Shown here: positions 46,996 through 56,188 of the stretch, in pieces
How the letters are laid out: each line of letters opens with the position of its first letter
Position numbering within the stretch: position 1 is the first letter of the stretch
Source: Pseudomonadota bacterium
GTDB taxonomy: Bacteria > Pseudomonadota > Alphaproteobacteria > Rhodobacterales > Rhodobacteraceae
Reading direction: 5' to 3'
Length of the DNA stretch: 64,000 nucleotides
Assembly (NCBI GenBank): GCA_039822785.1
Contig: JBCBMO010000006.1
Span: forward strand, 212,412 to 276,411
Made by a program: the position numbers and the translations under genes
The notes under the pieces: model-generated
What the model was told of the DNA's origin: nothing
Seen by the model: the letters and a program-made list of their open reading frames with translations, nothing else
Database searches by the model: none

Positions 46996-47294
46996 TGGGC
47001 GGTATCCTGGTCTCCATCGCCGTCGCTGCCCTCGTCGCCCTGCAGGCGGCGTCGGCCGGCGCGGGGATGCGGATCGTGGTGCCGGTCGCCGCCGGCATGG
47101 CGGGGATCATGTCGGCCTTCTGGACGCTCGCGATCGAGACCCTGTTTCCCAAGCCGGATCTTTGGTCGGTGCTGCCCGGCCTGATGGTGCAGAACGGCGT
47201 GATTGCGGCCCTCGGCGGCGCGGGCTTCGTCTATGCAGCGGCCCGGCTGATCGCCAAGATCCGCGAGTTCAAAGAGAAGTACCCGGACCGGTGA
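46995..47294 (+). CDS. Hypothetical small membrane protein (about 3 TM)
   Basis: Start overlaps the sdhA stop and its stop overlaps the next start; hydrophobic with a basic C-terminal tail. Confidence 0.65.
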   Translation: MGGILVSIAVAALVALQAASAGAGMRIVVPVAAGMAGIMSAFWTLAIETLFPKPDLWSVLPGLMVQNGVIAALGGAGFVYAAARLIAKIREFKEKYPDR

Positions 47295-48046
47295 GCCACC
47301 GCACCGAGCCGCCCTGGTCAGCACCCTCGGCGCGAACGGTCGAGGAGCGCGCCGCGATCCACCGCTTTCGCATCGAGCGCGCAAAGACCTGGTTCAAGGA
47401 GACGGCGAAGGCCGCGCCCGACCGGCTGTGCCCCATCTGCGGCTACGAGGGCGCCTTCAGCCCCGTGCGCCACAAGATCGGCACCTGGTGCCCCGGCTGC
47501 GACAGCCGCCCGCGCCACCGGCTGATGCGCCTCTGGCTCGACCGCCATGGCGCGCTTGCCCCCGGCCTCAGGGTCCTGCACTTCGCCGCCGAGGGATGGG
47601 CCCGCGCGGTCTTCGAGACCGCCGGCTGCGCCTATGAGACCGCCGATATCAACGGCCAATTCGATCTCACGCTCGACATCACCGCCATCGCCCTGCCCGA
47701 CGCCAGCCGCGATCTGGTCATCGCCAACCACGTGCTGGAGCATGTGGACGACGCCAAGGCGCTGGGCGAGATCGCCCGGATCCTGTCCCCCGGTGGCCGG
47801 GCCGTCCTCAGCGTGCCGATCATCGAGGGCTGGGACGAGACGCTGGAGGCCCAAGGTCACACCAGCCCGGACACCCGCCGCCGCCTCTTCGGCGACCCGG
47901 ACCACCTGCGCTTCTACGGCCGCGACCTGCGCGACCGGATCGCCGCGGCGGGTCTGTCGCTGGAGGAATTCCCGGCGCTGGAGCCCGACGTCTCGACCTA
48001 TGCGCTGAACCGGGGCGAGCGCCTCTTCATCGGTCGAAAGGCTTAG
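47291..48046 (+). CDS. Class I SAM-dependent methyltransferase with CxxC...CxxC
   Basis: CPICG...CPGCDSRPRHR, VLHFAAE, DITAIALPDASRDLVIANHVLEHV, LSPGG and DHLRFYG. GTG start at 47291. Confidence 0.83.
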   Translation: MSHRTEPPWSAPSARTVEERAAIHRFRIERAKTWFKETAKAAPDRLCPICGYEGAFSPVRHKIGTWCPGCDSRPRHRLMRLWLDRHGALAPGLRVLHFAAEGWARAVFETAGCAYETADINGQFDLTLDITAIALPDASRDLVIANHVLEHVDDAKALGEIARILSPGGRAVLSVPIIEGWDETLEAQGHTSPDTRRRLFGDPDHLRFYGRDLRDRIAAAGLSLEEFPALEPDVSTYALNRGERLFIGRKA

Positions 48047-48162
48047 CGCGCTTGGGCTAACAGCGCCGCGCCGGACGTTTCGACACATGCCAACCGGGGC
48101 CCCGAGCGCCTATTCATGACCCCAGCGACCCGAACCATGCACGTGTGAGCGACGAGGCAGCC

Positions 48163-48942
48163 ATGGCGGAATTCACCCTTCCCGCGAATTCGAAGATCAC
48201 CAAGGGCAAGACCTGGCCGAAGCCCGAAGGCGCCACCAACCTGCGCGAGTTCCAGATCTACCGCTGGAACCCGGACGACGGGGCGAACCCGCGCGTGGAC
48301 ACCTATTTCATCGACCTCGACGACTGCGGCCCGATGATCCTGGACGCGATCATCAAGATCAAAAACGAGATCGATCCGACGCTGACCTTCCGCCGCTCCT
48401 GCCGCGAGGGGATCTGCGGCTCCTGTGCCATGAACATCGACGGCACCAACACGCTCGCCTGCCTCAAGGGCATGGACGAGGTTGCGGGCACGGTGAAGAT
48501 CTATCCGCTGCCCCACATGCCGGTGGTCAAGGACCTGATCCCGGACCTCACGCATTGGTACGCCCAGCACGCCTCGATCAAGCCCTGGCTCGAGACCAAG
48601 ACCCCGACCCCGGCGACCGAGTGGAAGCAGACGCCGGCGGATCGCGCGAAGCTCGACGGGCTCTATGAGTGCGTGATGTGCGCCTGCTGCTCGACGTCCT
48701 GTCCGTCCTACTGGTGGAACGGCGACCGCTACCTGGGCCCGGCGACGCTGCTGCATGCCTATCGCTGGATCATCGACAGCCGCGACGAGGCGACGGGCGA
48801 GCGGTTGGACCACCTGGAGGACCCCTTCCGCCTCTACCGCTGCCACACCATCATGAACTGCGCCTCCACCTGCCCCAAAGGCCTCAACCCCGCCAAGGCC
48901 ATCGCGGAGATCAAGAAACTCATGGTCGAACGCACTCTCTGA
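48163..48942 (+). CDS. sdhB: Succinate dehydrogenase iron-sulfur subunit
   Basis: [27 protein letters not shown] and [17 protein letters not shown]. Confidence 0.99.
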   Translation: MAEFTLPANSKITKGKTWPKPEGATNLREFQIYRWNPDDGANPRVDTYFIDLDDCGPMILDAIIKIKNEIDPTLTFRRSCREGICGSCAMNIDGTNTLACLKGMDEVAGTVKIYPLPHMPVVKDLIPDLTHWYAQHASIKPWLETKTPTPATEWKQTPADRAKLDGLYECVMCACCSTSCPSYWWNGDRYLGPATLLHAYRWIIDSRDEATGERLDHLEDPFRLYRCHTIMNCASTCPKGLNPAKAIAEIKKLMVERTL

Positions 48943-49840
48943 TTTCCCATTCCTGGCGGATGCTCAAGCTTTTCACATCGAGGACGGCTTCGAGGTCATC
49001 CTTCAGAGTTTGCAGGACGAGGTTGCCGTTGAGCTCACTGCTATGCAAGGGGAATTGGAGCACCTTAATTTCATTCCCCTTTGTCTATCTTACTTGTCTG
49101 CCACAATATTTTAATTCTCCTCCACAGCCTCTCTCTATACTCAAACATAGCCAGTGAAACACTTACCAAAACAAATAAGGGCTCAGCGCTTTCAAGAGTG
49201 GGCTCCTCACTTTCATTGCACCCACCAGACTCAAGACACCACACAATCAATATGAAGCTACCGACACAAATATATCCGATTTCAAACCACAATGACAAAA
49301 AGGCCATTGTTGATTGCCGTATTCTTCCTGATATAGCATGAAAAACGTAAATTATGTGAGGAACAAACAATGTGAATGTCAGATTCATAAGGCCACTTTC
49401 TTGAGGAGTAAGTCCAAATCTATTTTTGCCAGACCAAATCTGGCCTAAAGTTAATTCATATGAAAAATAAAATGAGAAGCCAATGTACACAAATATCGTC
49501 GCTGTTGGAAGCGTGCTCAGAAATGTACTTGAATATTCGTCGAAAACACTCTTCATTTTGAAGATGATCCTTGTATTTTACACGGACAAATAGCGCAATT
49601 ACATCCCACCACTATTCTCATTTCTACTTTAATGCACTAGCAGAGCTCATGGCGGCGTCAGACCTGAAGGAGTAATAACGAAGCATTTAATTATAACATG
49701 TGCTTGGACCGAGTTTGAGAGTCCAAAGATGCTCGGATGTCATGACGAGGTCCAAATTTGGTTCGGGACATGTGTCTAAGGAAGCTTGGTCGACATAAAC
49801 TCCGCGCAACTATCCTCCACGCTGTTGGCATCAATGTCAC
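48943..49840. other. AT-rich foreign islet between sdhB and zapE
   Basis: Spot GC counts of 30% and 38% against about 70% in the flanks; abrupt boundaries at the two convergent stop codons. Confidence 0.8.
49071..49556 (-). CDS. Hypothetical 161-aa membrane protein (about 4 TM)
   Basis: Only long ORF in the islet; AAGGA upstream of the ATG; four hydrophobic segments and a basic C-terminus. No family recognised. Confidence 0.6.
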   Translation of the reverse strand: MKSVFDEYSSTFLSTLPTATIFVYIGFSFYFSYELTLGQIWSGKNRFGLTPQESGLMNLTFTLFVPHIIYVFHAISGRIRQSTMAFLSLWFEIGYICVGSFILIVWCLESGGCNESEEPTLESAEPLFVLVSVSLAMFEYRERLWRRIKILWQTSKIDKGE

Positions 49841-50980
49841 CTAAAGCGCGTTGTGCGCACCATCCACCGTCATTTCGGCGAGGCGGGAGGCGGTGCGGGC
49901 GAATTCGAAAGAGCCTTTGCCTTCGGTGTAGAGGGCCTCGGCGGGGACCTCGGCGCTGAGGTAGAGGCGGGTCTTGGCCTCGTAGAGGGCGTCGATCAGG
50001 GTGACGAAGCGCTTGGCCTCGTTGTTCTTGTCCCAGGTCAGGCGCGGCACCCCCTCCACGAAGAACACCGAAAAGCGCGAGGCGATCTCCAGGTAGTCGC
50101 TGGGGCCGAGCGGCACCTCGCAGAGCGCCTCGAACCCGGCACGCCCCGCCTCCTCGGTCGCCTGCTCGATGCGCACCCGGCGGCCATGGACCGAGATCGT
50201 GATGGGCCCCGGATGCTCCCCGGCGGTCTCGGCGGTCCAGGCGGCCTCCAGCGCCGCCGCGGTCTCGGGGCCCAGCGGGGTGAAATAGCGGCTGGCCCCC
50301 ACGCGGCCCTGGCGATAGTCGGTCTCGGAGACCAGCTCGACCACGTCGAGGCGCTGTTTCAACAGGTCGATGAAGGGCAGGAAGAGCCCGCGGTTGAGCC
50401 CGTCCTTGTACAGGTCGTCCGGCGGGCGGTTGGAGGTGGCCACCACCACCACGCCCCGGTCGAAGAGCGCCTCGAACAGCCGGCCCAGGATCATGGCATC
50501 GGTGATGTCGCTCACCTGGAACTCGTCGAAGCACAGCAGCGTCGCCCCCTCGGCCACCTCGTCCGCCACGGGCTGGATGGGGTCGGGGACGTTGCTTTCG
50601 CGCGCGATGTGCACGCCGACATGGATCTCTCGCATGAAGGCGTGGAAGTGGACGCGGCGTTTGCGCGGGATCGGCGCGCCCTCGAAGAACAGGTCCATGA
50701 GCATGGACTTGCCGCGCCCCACGCCGCCGTAGAGGTAGAGGCCCGTGAGCGGCACCATCTTGTGCGGCGCGCCCTTGGCGAAGCCGAACCAGCCGCGGGC
50801 GACCCGCTTGCCGCGCGCCGGCTGATAGTCGCGCAGGCGCATGTGCAAAAGCTGCAGCTTCTCCACCGCCGCGCGCTGCGCCGTGTCCGCCCGGATCTCG
50901 CCGCCGGCGACGAGCGCGCGGTACCGCGGCATCGGCCCCGCGGCGACGGGCGTGGTGCTGGCTGGTGCGCCTTCCGGCAT
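49841..50980 (-). CDS. zapE: AFG1/ZapE-family ATPase
   Basis: GLYLYGGVGRGKSMLMDLFF, RRVHFHAFM, LCFDEFQV, TSNRPPDDLY, RFVTLID and FARTASRLAEM. Start at 50980 or 50932. Confidence 0.95.
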   Translation of the reverse strand: MPEGAPASTTPVAAGPMPRYRALVAGGEIRADTAQRAAVEKLQLLHMRLRDYQPARGKRVARGWFGFAKGAPHKMVPLTGLYLYGGVGRGKSMLMDLFFEGAPIPRKRRVHFHAFMREIHVGVHIARESNVPDPIQPVADEVAEGATLLCFDEFQVSDITDAMILGRLFEALFDRGVVVVATSNRPPDDLYKDGLNRGLFLPFIDLLKQRLDVVELVSETDYRQGRVGASRYFTPLGPETAAALEAAWTAETAGEHPGPITISVHGRRVRIEQATEEAGRAGFEALCEVPLGPSDYLEIASRFSVFFVEGVPRLTWDKNNEAKRFVTLIDALYEAKTRLYLSAEVPAEALYTEGKGSFEFARTASRLAEMTVDGAHNAL

Positions 50981-51176
50981 TCGGAACCCCTTGCCGTTTC
51001 GCATCGGGTTATGCCGCAAAGCCGCTGCCCACGGAACGCCCGCTCCTGCGGCCTGTCGCTGCGGCGCGGCAGTTGGTGCACTGCCGCATAAGCGGTCCTT
51101 GCGTGAGCGCTCACGAAAACTCGTTTGACCGGCACCTGCGGCCCCGCCGATGGTGACCCCGACGAGGAGGTCGCCC

Positions 51177-52385
51177 ATGTCGAAGCTCTCACCCACCAGC
51201 GTCATCATCGCCGCCGGAGCCGTGGTGCTCGCGCTCAGTTTCGGGGTGCGGTCGGTCTTTGGGATCGTGCTCGACCCGATCTCCGAGACCTATGACTGGC
51301 CGATCGCCACCTTCTCGTTGTCGATCGCGATCCAGAACATGGTCTGGGGGCTGGCGCAGCCGTTCTTTGGGATGATCGCGGACCGCTACGGCGACCGCCG
51401 GGCGCTGTGGCTGGGGCTCGGGCTCTACGTCGCGGGCATGGCGCTGTCGGTGGTGGGCTTCATGCCCTGGATGCAGCACCTGGGTGCAGGCCTGCTGGTG
51501 GGCATGGGCATCGCGGGCACGGCCTTTGGCATCGTCCTCAGCGTCGTGGGCCGCGCGGTAGCGGAGGAGAAGCGCTCACAGGCCCTGGCGCTGACCGCCG
51601 CGCTGGGTGCCTTCGGGCAGGTGGCCATGCCGCTGATGGCGGGTTGGCTGACCGAGGTCTATGGCTGGCAGACGACGCTGATTGTCATGACGGCGCTGCT
51701 GTTGCCCATGGCGGCCTGCATCCCGATGCTGAACCCGCGGACCGAGGGCAGCGCCAACCCCGCCGCGACGGCCGAGGTCGCGCTGGGCGCCATGGTGAAG
51801 GATGCGCTCGGCCACCCGTCCTACGTGCTGCTCGCGCTGGGGTTCTTCGTCTGCGGCTTTCACATCGCGTTCCTGACGGCGCATTTCCCGGCCTTCGTGG
51901 CGGAGATGTGCAACTCGGTGACCCTGGGCGCCACGGCGCTGGCCATCATCGGGCTCGCCAATGTGGGTGGCACGCTGCTGGCGGGCCAACTGGGGGCGCG
52001 CTACCCCAAGCCCTATATCCTGGCGGCGATCTATGCGCTGCGGGCGGTGGTGATCCTGGTCTTCATCTCGCTGCCGATCACCCCGGTCAGCGTGGTCATC
52101 TTCTCCGGCGTCATCGGGATCCTGTGGCTGTCGACGGTGCCGCTTACCTCGGCGCTGGTGGCGACGATGTTCGGGCCGCGCGCGCTCGGCACGCTCTATG
52201 GCATCGTCTTCATGAGCCATCAGATCGGCAGCTTCCTGGGCGTCTACCTGGGGGGCAAGGTCTACGACGCCACCGGCAGCTACGACCTGATCTGGTATGC
52301 GGCCATCGCGCTCGGCGTGTTCTCGGCGATCGTGCACCTTGGCGTGCAGGACCGCCCCTATGCCCACCGCCCCGCCGTCGCCTGA
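51177..52385 (+). CDS. MFS transporter
   Basis: GAGGAGG RBS; about 12 TM; GMIADRYGDRR, GFFVCGFH and SHQIGSFLG. Confidence 0.93.
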   Translation: MSKLSPTSVIIAAGAVVLALSFGVRSVFGIVLDPISETYDWPIATFSLSIAIQNMVWGLAQPFFGMIADRYGDRRALWLGLGLYVAGMALSVVGFMPWMQHLGAGLLVGMGIAGTAFGIVLSVVGRAVAEEKRSQALALTAALGAFGQVAMPLMAGWLTEVYGWQTTLIVMTALLLPMAACIPMLNPRTEGSANPAATAEVALGAMVKDALGHPSYVLLALGFFVCGFHIAFLTAHFPAFVAEMCNSVTLGATALAIIGLANVGGTLLAGQLGARYPKPYILAAIYALRAVVILVFISLPITPVSVVIFSGVIGILWLSTVPLTSALVATMFGPRALGTLYGIVFMSHQIGSFLGVYLGGKVYDATGSYDLIWYAAIALGVFSAIVHLGVQDRPYAHRPAVA

Positions 52386-52487
52386 GCGCATCACCGGCGA
52401 ATCCGCGAAACCGGATGATTGCCCCCAGGGCAGAGACATGGTTCGCTCGCGCGTGAATGGTGGGTGCTGGGCAGGGTGGGGCATGCG

Positions 52488-53021
52488 ATGAAAACGATCG
52501 AGAACACGCCGACGCGGCTGGTGATGGAGGCAAAGCCCAAGACCGGGAGGATGATCGCCCTGGTGCTGGGCATCGGCCTCGTCGCCGGCTGCCTCGCCTA
52601 TGCGGCGGCGCAGCCAGACGGCTTGGCCCATCCGGATGCCGGCGCGGTGCTGGGCGGCGTGGTCGGCCTCTTCATTCTGATCGCGAGCTGCAAGCTCAAG
52701 GACTTTCGCCTGGTCCTGGACAAGGAGAAGGGCGAGGCCTCGATCTCCGTCGCGGAGTTTCACGGCACGAAGCACCAGGAGACGGTCGTCCCGCTCGGCA
52801 CGGTCGCCTCGGTGGGGCGGCGAATCCGTGTCTCCAAGGGCCAGACGACGACGGACATCCAGTACAAGAAAACGAGCTTCGAGGCGCCTGACGTCACCAA
52901 CTACACCCCGCTCTTGCGGCTGAGTGACGGGACCGAGCACGAGTTTTCCCGCGACTATGCCGACGAGGAGGCCGCCGCCATCGTGGAGACGGTGCGCGTC
53001 TGGATGAATGCCGCCAAGTAG
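52488..53021 (+). CDS. Hypothetical protein, two N-terminal TM helices plus a beta-rich (PH-like?) domain
   Basis: Typical codon usage; two hydrophobic segments followed by a soluble beta-strand-rich region. Confidence 0.65.
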   Translation: MKTIENTPTRLVMEAKPKTGRMIALVLGIGLVAGCLAYAAAQPDGLAHPDAGAVLGGVVGLFILIASCKLKDFRLVLDKEKGEASISVAEFHGTKHQETVVPLGTVASVGRRIRVSKGQTTTDIQYKKTSFEAPDVTNYTPLLRLSDGTEHEFSRDYADEEAAAIVETVRVWMNAAK

Positions 53022-53085
53022 GGCGGCCAAACCCTGCGTGACGTGCTATAAGACCTAAGGGTTAGCGAGCGGAGAGAGGCAGCCA

Positions 53086-54528
53086 ATGCGGCGGCGGCTC
53101 ACCACGATCATGGCTGCGGACGTCGTTGGGTTCTCCCGCTTGATGAGCGAGGAGGAGGTCCGGACCTTTGTCCGCGTGACCGAGTGTCTCGAGGGGCTGG
53201 TGCGGACCCGGGTCGAGGCTGAAGGCGGCCGTATCTTCAAACTCATGGGCGACGGGCTGCTGGCGGAGTTTCCCAGCGTGATCTCCGCCGTCCAGGCCGC
53301 CATCGCCGTGCAGCGGGCGATGGAGGAGGATCCGGCCACCGCCGACCCTGCCTCGCCGCTGCAGCTTAGGATCGGCATCTCGCTCGGCGATATGATCCCG
53401 CATGGGCAGGACCTGTTCGGCGAGGGCGTGAACGTCGCAGCCCGGGTCGAGGCACTGACGCCGCCGGGCGGCATCTGCGTGACACGCGCGGTGCACGATC
53501 AGATCCTCGGCAAGATCAAGGTCGCGACCCAGGACTGGGGCGAGATCCCGGTCAAAAACATCAAACGACCGGTCCATGTCTTCCGGATCCTGCACGACAA
53601 CGAAGAGATGCCGGCCCTGGCCGCGCCCGAGCCGCCGCGCAGCGGTCGCCGTTGGCGCGTGGTGGCGGCATCGGCAGCGGCGCTCGCGGCGCTGGCACTT
53701 TGGCCCACGAGCGACCAGGGCCTGCCGACCGCGACAGCGCCCGGACCGGTAGCAAGCGCCGAGACCGCGGCATCGCCCACGACGCCAAGGATCGAAGCCG
53801 CGGAGGCGGCGGCGACCGTGCGGACCGCGGCGCGGCTGCGCGCAGCGCCGACCACCCGCAGCGCGGTGGTGGGAGGCCTCGCGAAGGGCATGCCCGTGCG
53901 CGTCACCGGCACCGTGGGTTCGGGGAACGACCGATGGCTGCAGGTCCAACGGCCAAGCGGGCGGACGGCGTTTCTGCATGCAAGCCTTGCGGAGTTCGGC
54001 GAAGCGGAGAGGGTCGACAGCCCTCGGTCAGAGCCGAGCATCAGCACGGGGATCGACGCGGCCATGGCAGGGGGCGCAGAGGTGCTGGCACTTGCGATCC
54101 CGGTGGAACCGGCGGCGCCTGAGACCCGCGATGAGGGCCCCGTCACCTCCGCCGACCAACTCGCGCTCCGCGTCAGCCTGGTGACCAGCCCGGCTGCCTG
54201 GACGTCCTGCATCTCCCTCGATGACGCCAACAGGCAGATGATGGACATGGCCGGCGGCGGCTCCTGGCAGCGGGTGCATCTCTTCAGTTCCGCGGCCCAG
54301 CCCATCAGGGCACGCGTTGAGACGAAGGGCGATGGCGCGCGGATCCAGGTGCTGCCCTATGCCGACAGCTGGGGCGAGGGCGACGCGATCACCCTCGACC
54401 TGCCGGCGCTGACGCCGGGCACCAAGGCGCGGGCCTTCTCCAGCCGCCGTGCGCCGCCGCCCTACACCGGCTGCGGGCGCTTCGTCGCCTATGTCGAGGT
54501 CCTGGATCCGGCGACGCTGACCGAGTGA
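53086..54528 (+). CDS. Class III adenylate cyclase with a TM helix, SH3b-like domain and unknown C-terminal domain
   Basis: IMAADVVGFS, IFKLMGDG, LRIGI, DLFGEGVNVAARVE; TM WRVVAASAAALAALALWP; SH3b-like ARLRAAPTTRSAVVGGLAKGMPVRV...WLQV...AFLHASL. Confidence 0.85.
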   Translation: MRRRLTTIMAADVVGFSRLMSEEEVRTFVRVTECLEGLVRTRVEAEGGRIFKLMGDGLLAEFPSVISAVQAAIAVQRAMEEDPATADPASPLQLRIGISLGDMIPHGQDLFGEGVNVAARVEALTPPGGICVTRAVHDQILGKIKVATQDWGEIPVKNIKRPVHVFRILHDNEEMPALAAPEPPRSGRRWRVVAASAAALAALALWPTSDQGLPTATAPGPVASAETAASPTTPRIEAAEAAATVRTAARLRAAPTTRSAVVGGLAKGMPVRVTGTVGSGNDRWLQVQRPSGRTAFLHASLAEFGEAERVDSPRSEPSISTGIDAAMAGGAEVLALAIPVEPAAPETRDEGPVTSADQLALRVSLVTSPAAWTSCISLDDANRQMMDMAGGGSWQRVHLFSSAAQPIRARVETKGDGARIQVLPYADSWGEGDAITLDLPALTPGTKARAFSSRRAPPPYTGCGRFVAYVEVLDPATLTE

Positions 54529-54546
54529 TCTCCTGCTTGGGGAACG

Positions 54547-54575
54547 TTGACACGCGCAAGGGGCCGGCATAGCCA
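54547..54575 (+). promoter_or_regulatory. Sigma70-type promoter for ffh
   Basis: TTGACA at 54547-54552, 17-nt spacer, then TAGCCA (weak -10). Confidence 0.5.
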
Positions 54576-54577
54576 GC

Positions 54578-54645
54578 GTCCCACGCCGGTCAGCGAGGAT
54601 TCGCCCACCGGCGTTTTTGGCGTTATGGCGGCCCTACAGCCATCA
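54578..54645 (+). ncRNA. Structured ffh 5' leader (candidate alphaproteobacterial ffh RNA motif)
   Basis: Stem ACGCCGGT/ACCGGCGT with inner GCGA/TCGC stem and repeated CCCAC, then a T-tract, then an ATGGC/GCCAT stem before the RBS. An ffh leader motif is known in Alphaproteobacteria. Confidence 0.6.
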
Positions 54646-54658
54646 AAAGGGATAGGTC

Positions 54659-56188
54659 ATGTTCGAGGCGCTGTCAGACCGGCTGAGTGCCACGCTCGAA
54701 AAGCTCAAGGGCAAGGGCGCGCTCACCGAGGAGGACGTCAAGGCCGCGATGCGCGAGGTGCGCGTCGCGCTGCTGGAGGCTGACGTCTCGCTGCCCATCG
54801 CCCGCAGCTTCATCAAGCGCGTCTCGGAGAAGGCGACCGGCCAGACGGTGCTGAAATCGGTCACCCCGGGCCAGATGGTCATCAAGATCGTCCACGACGA
54901 GCTGATCACCGTGCTGGCGGGCGAGGGTGAGGACCCCACCAGCCTCAAGATCGACAACCCGCCGGCCACGATCATGATGGTGGGCCTCCAGGGCTCGGGT
55001 AAGACGACGACCACCGGCAAGCTCGCCAAACGGCTGAAGGAGCGCGAGGGCAAGAAGGTCCTCATGGCCTCCCTCGACACCCGCCGCCCCGCCGCGATGG
55101 AACAGTTGGCGGTGCTGGGCCAGCAGATCGGTGTCGATACGCTGGCCATCCAGCCGGGCCAGACCCCGGTGCAGATCGCCAAGCGGGCCAAGACCCAGGC
55201 CAGCCTCGCCGGCTATGACGTGGTCATGCTCGACACCGCCGGGCGCCTCAGCATCGACGAGGAGTTGATGGCCGAGGTCGAGGCGGTGCGCGACGAGGCC
55301 CGCCCGCGCGAGACCCTGCTGGTCGTCGACGGCCTGACCGGTCAGGACGCGGTCAACACCGCCGAGAACTTCGACGGGCGCATTGGCATCTCCGGCTGCA
55401 TCCTGACGCGCATGGACGGCGACGGGCGCGGCGGTGCGGCCCTATCGATGCGCGCGGTCACCGGCAAGCCCATCAAGTTCGTCGGCCTCGGCGAGAAGAT
55501 GGACGCGCTGGAGGAATTCCATCCCCAGCGCATCGCCGGGCGCATCCTCGGCATGGGCGACATCGTCAGCCTGGTCGAGAAGGCGCAGGAGACGATGGAG
55601 GCCGAGCAGGCCGAGCGCATGATGAAGCGGTTCCAGAAGGGCCGCTTCGACATGAACGACCTTCGGATGCAGCTCGAGCAGATGCTCAAGCTCGGCGGCA
55701 TGCAGGGCATGATGAGCATGATGCCCGGCATGGGGAAGATGGCGAAGCAGATGGACGCCGCGCAGATGGACGACAAGGTCCTGCGCCGCCAGATCGCCAT
55801 CATCCAGTCCATGACCAAGGAGGAGCGGAAGAAGCCCGATCTCATGGCCGCCAGCCGGAAGAAGCGCGTGGCCGCCGGTGCCGGCATGGAGGTGCAGGAC
55901 GTCAACAAGCTGCTGAAGATGCAGCGCCAGATGGCCGACATGATGAAGAAGATGGGCAAGATGGGCGGCAAGGGCGCCATGCGCGGCATGCTGGGCCAGA
56001 TGATGGGCAAGGGCGGCGGCATGCCCCCGGGCGGCCCCGGTGCCCTGCCCCCCGGCGCGCTGCCGCCCGGCATGGGTCCCGGCGGCGCGGCGCCCGGCAA
56101 GCTGCCCCCGATGCCCGGTGGCCTGCCCGGTCTTGGCGGCGGCCCCGCCCTGCCCCCCGGCCTGGGCGGATTCGGCAAGAAGAAATGA
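54659..56188 (+). CDS. ffh: Signal recognition particle protein Ffh
   Basis: MFEALSDRL, GLQGSGKTTT, DTAGRL, TRMDGDGRGG, RILGMGD and IIQSMT; Pro/Gly-rich tail. Confidence 0.99.
   Translation: MFEALSDRLSATLEKLKGKGALTEEDVKAAMREVRVALLEADVSLPIARSFIKRVSEKATGQTVLKSVTPGQMVIKIVHDELITVLAGEGEDPTSLKIDNPPATIMMVGLQGSGKTTTTGKLAKRLKEREGKKVLMASLDTRRPAAMEQLAVLGQQIGVDTLAIQPGQTPVQIAKRAKTQASLAGYDVVMLDTAGRLSIDEELMAEVEAVRDEARPRETLLVVDGLTGQDAVNTAENFDGRIGISGCILTRMDGDGRGGAALSMRAVTGKPIKFVGLGEKMDALEEFHPQRIAGRILGMGDIVSLVEKAQETMEAEQAERMMKRFQKGRFDMNDLRMQLEQMLKLGGMQGMMSMMPGMGKMAKQMDAAQMDDKVLRRQIAIIQSMTKEERKKPDLMAASRKKRVAAGAGMEVQDVNKLLKMQRQMADMMKKMGKMGGKGAMRGMLGQMMGKGGGMPPGGPGALPPGALPPGMGPGGAAPGKLPPMPGGLPGLGGGPALPPGLGGFGKKK

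Noticed and set aside
55960-56188. Pro/Gly/Met low-complexity tail of Ffh; also the S16 and TrmD extensions
   Set aside because: Such extensions are ordinary in alphaproteobacterial orthologues.
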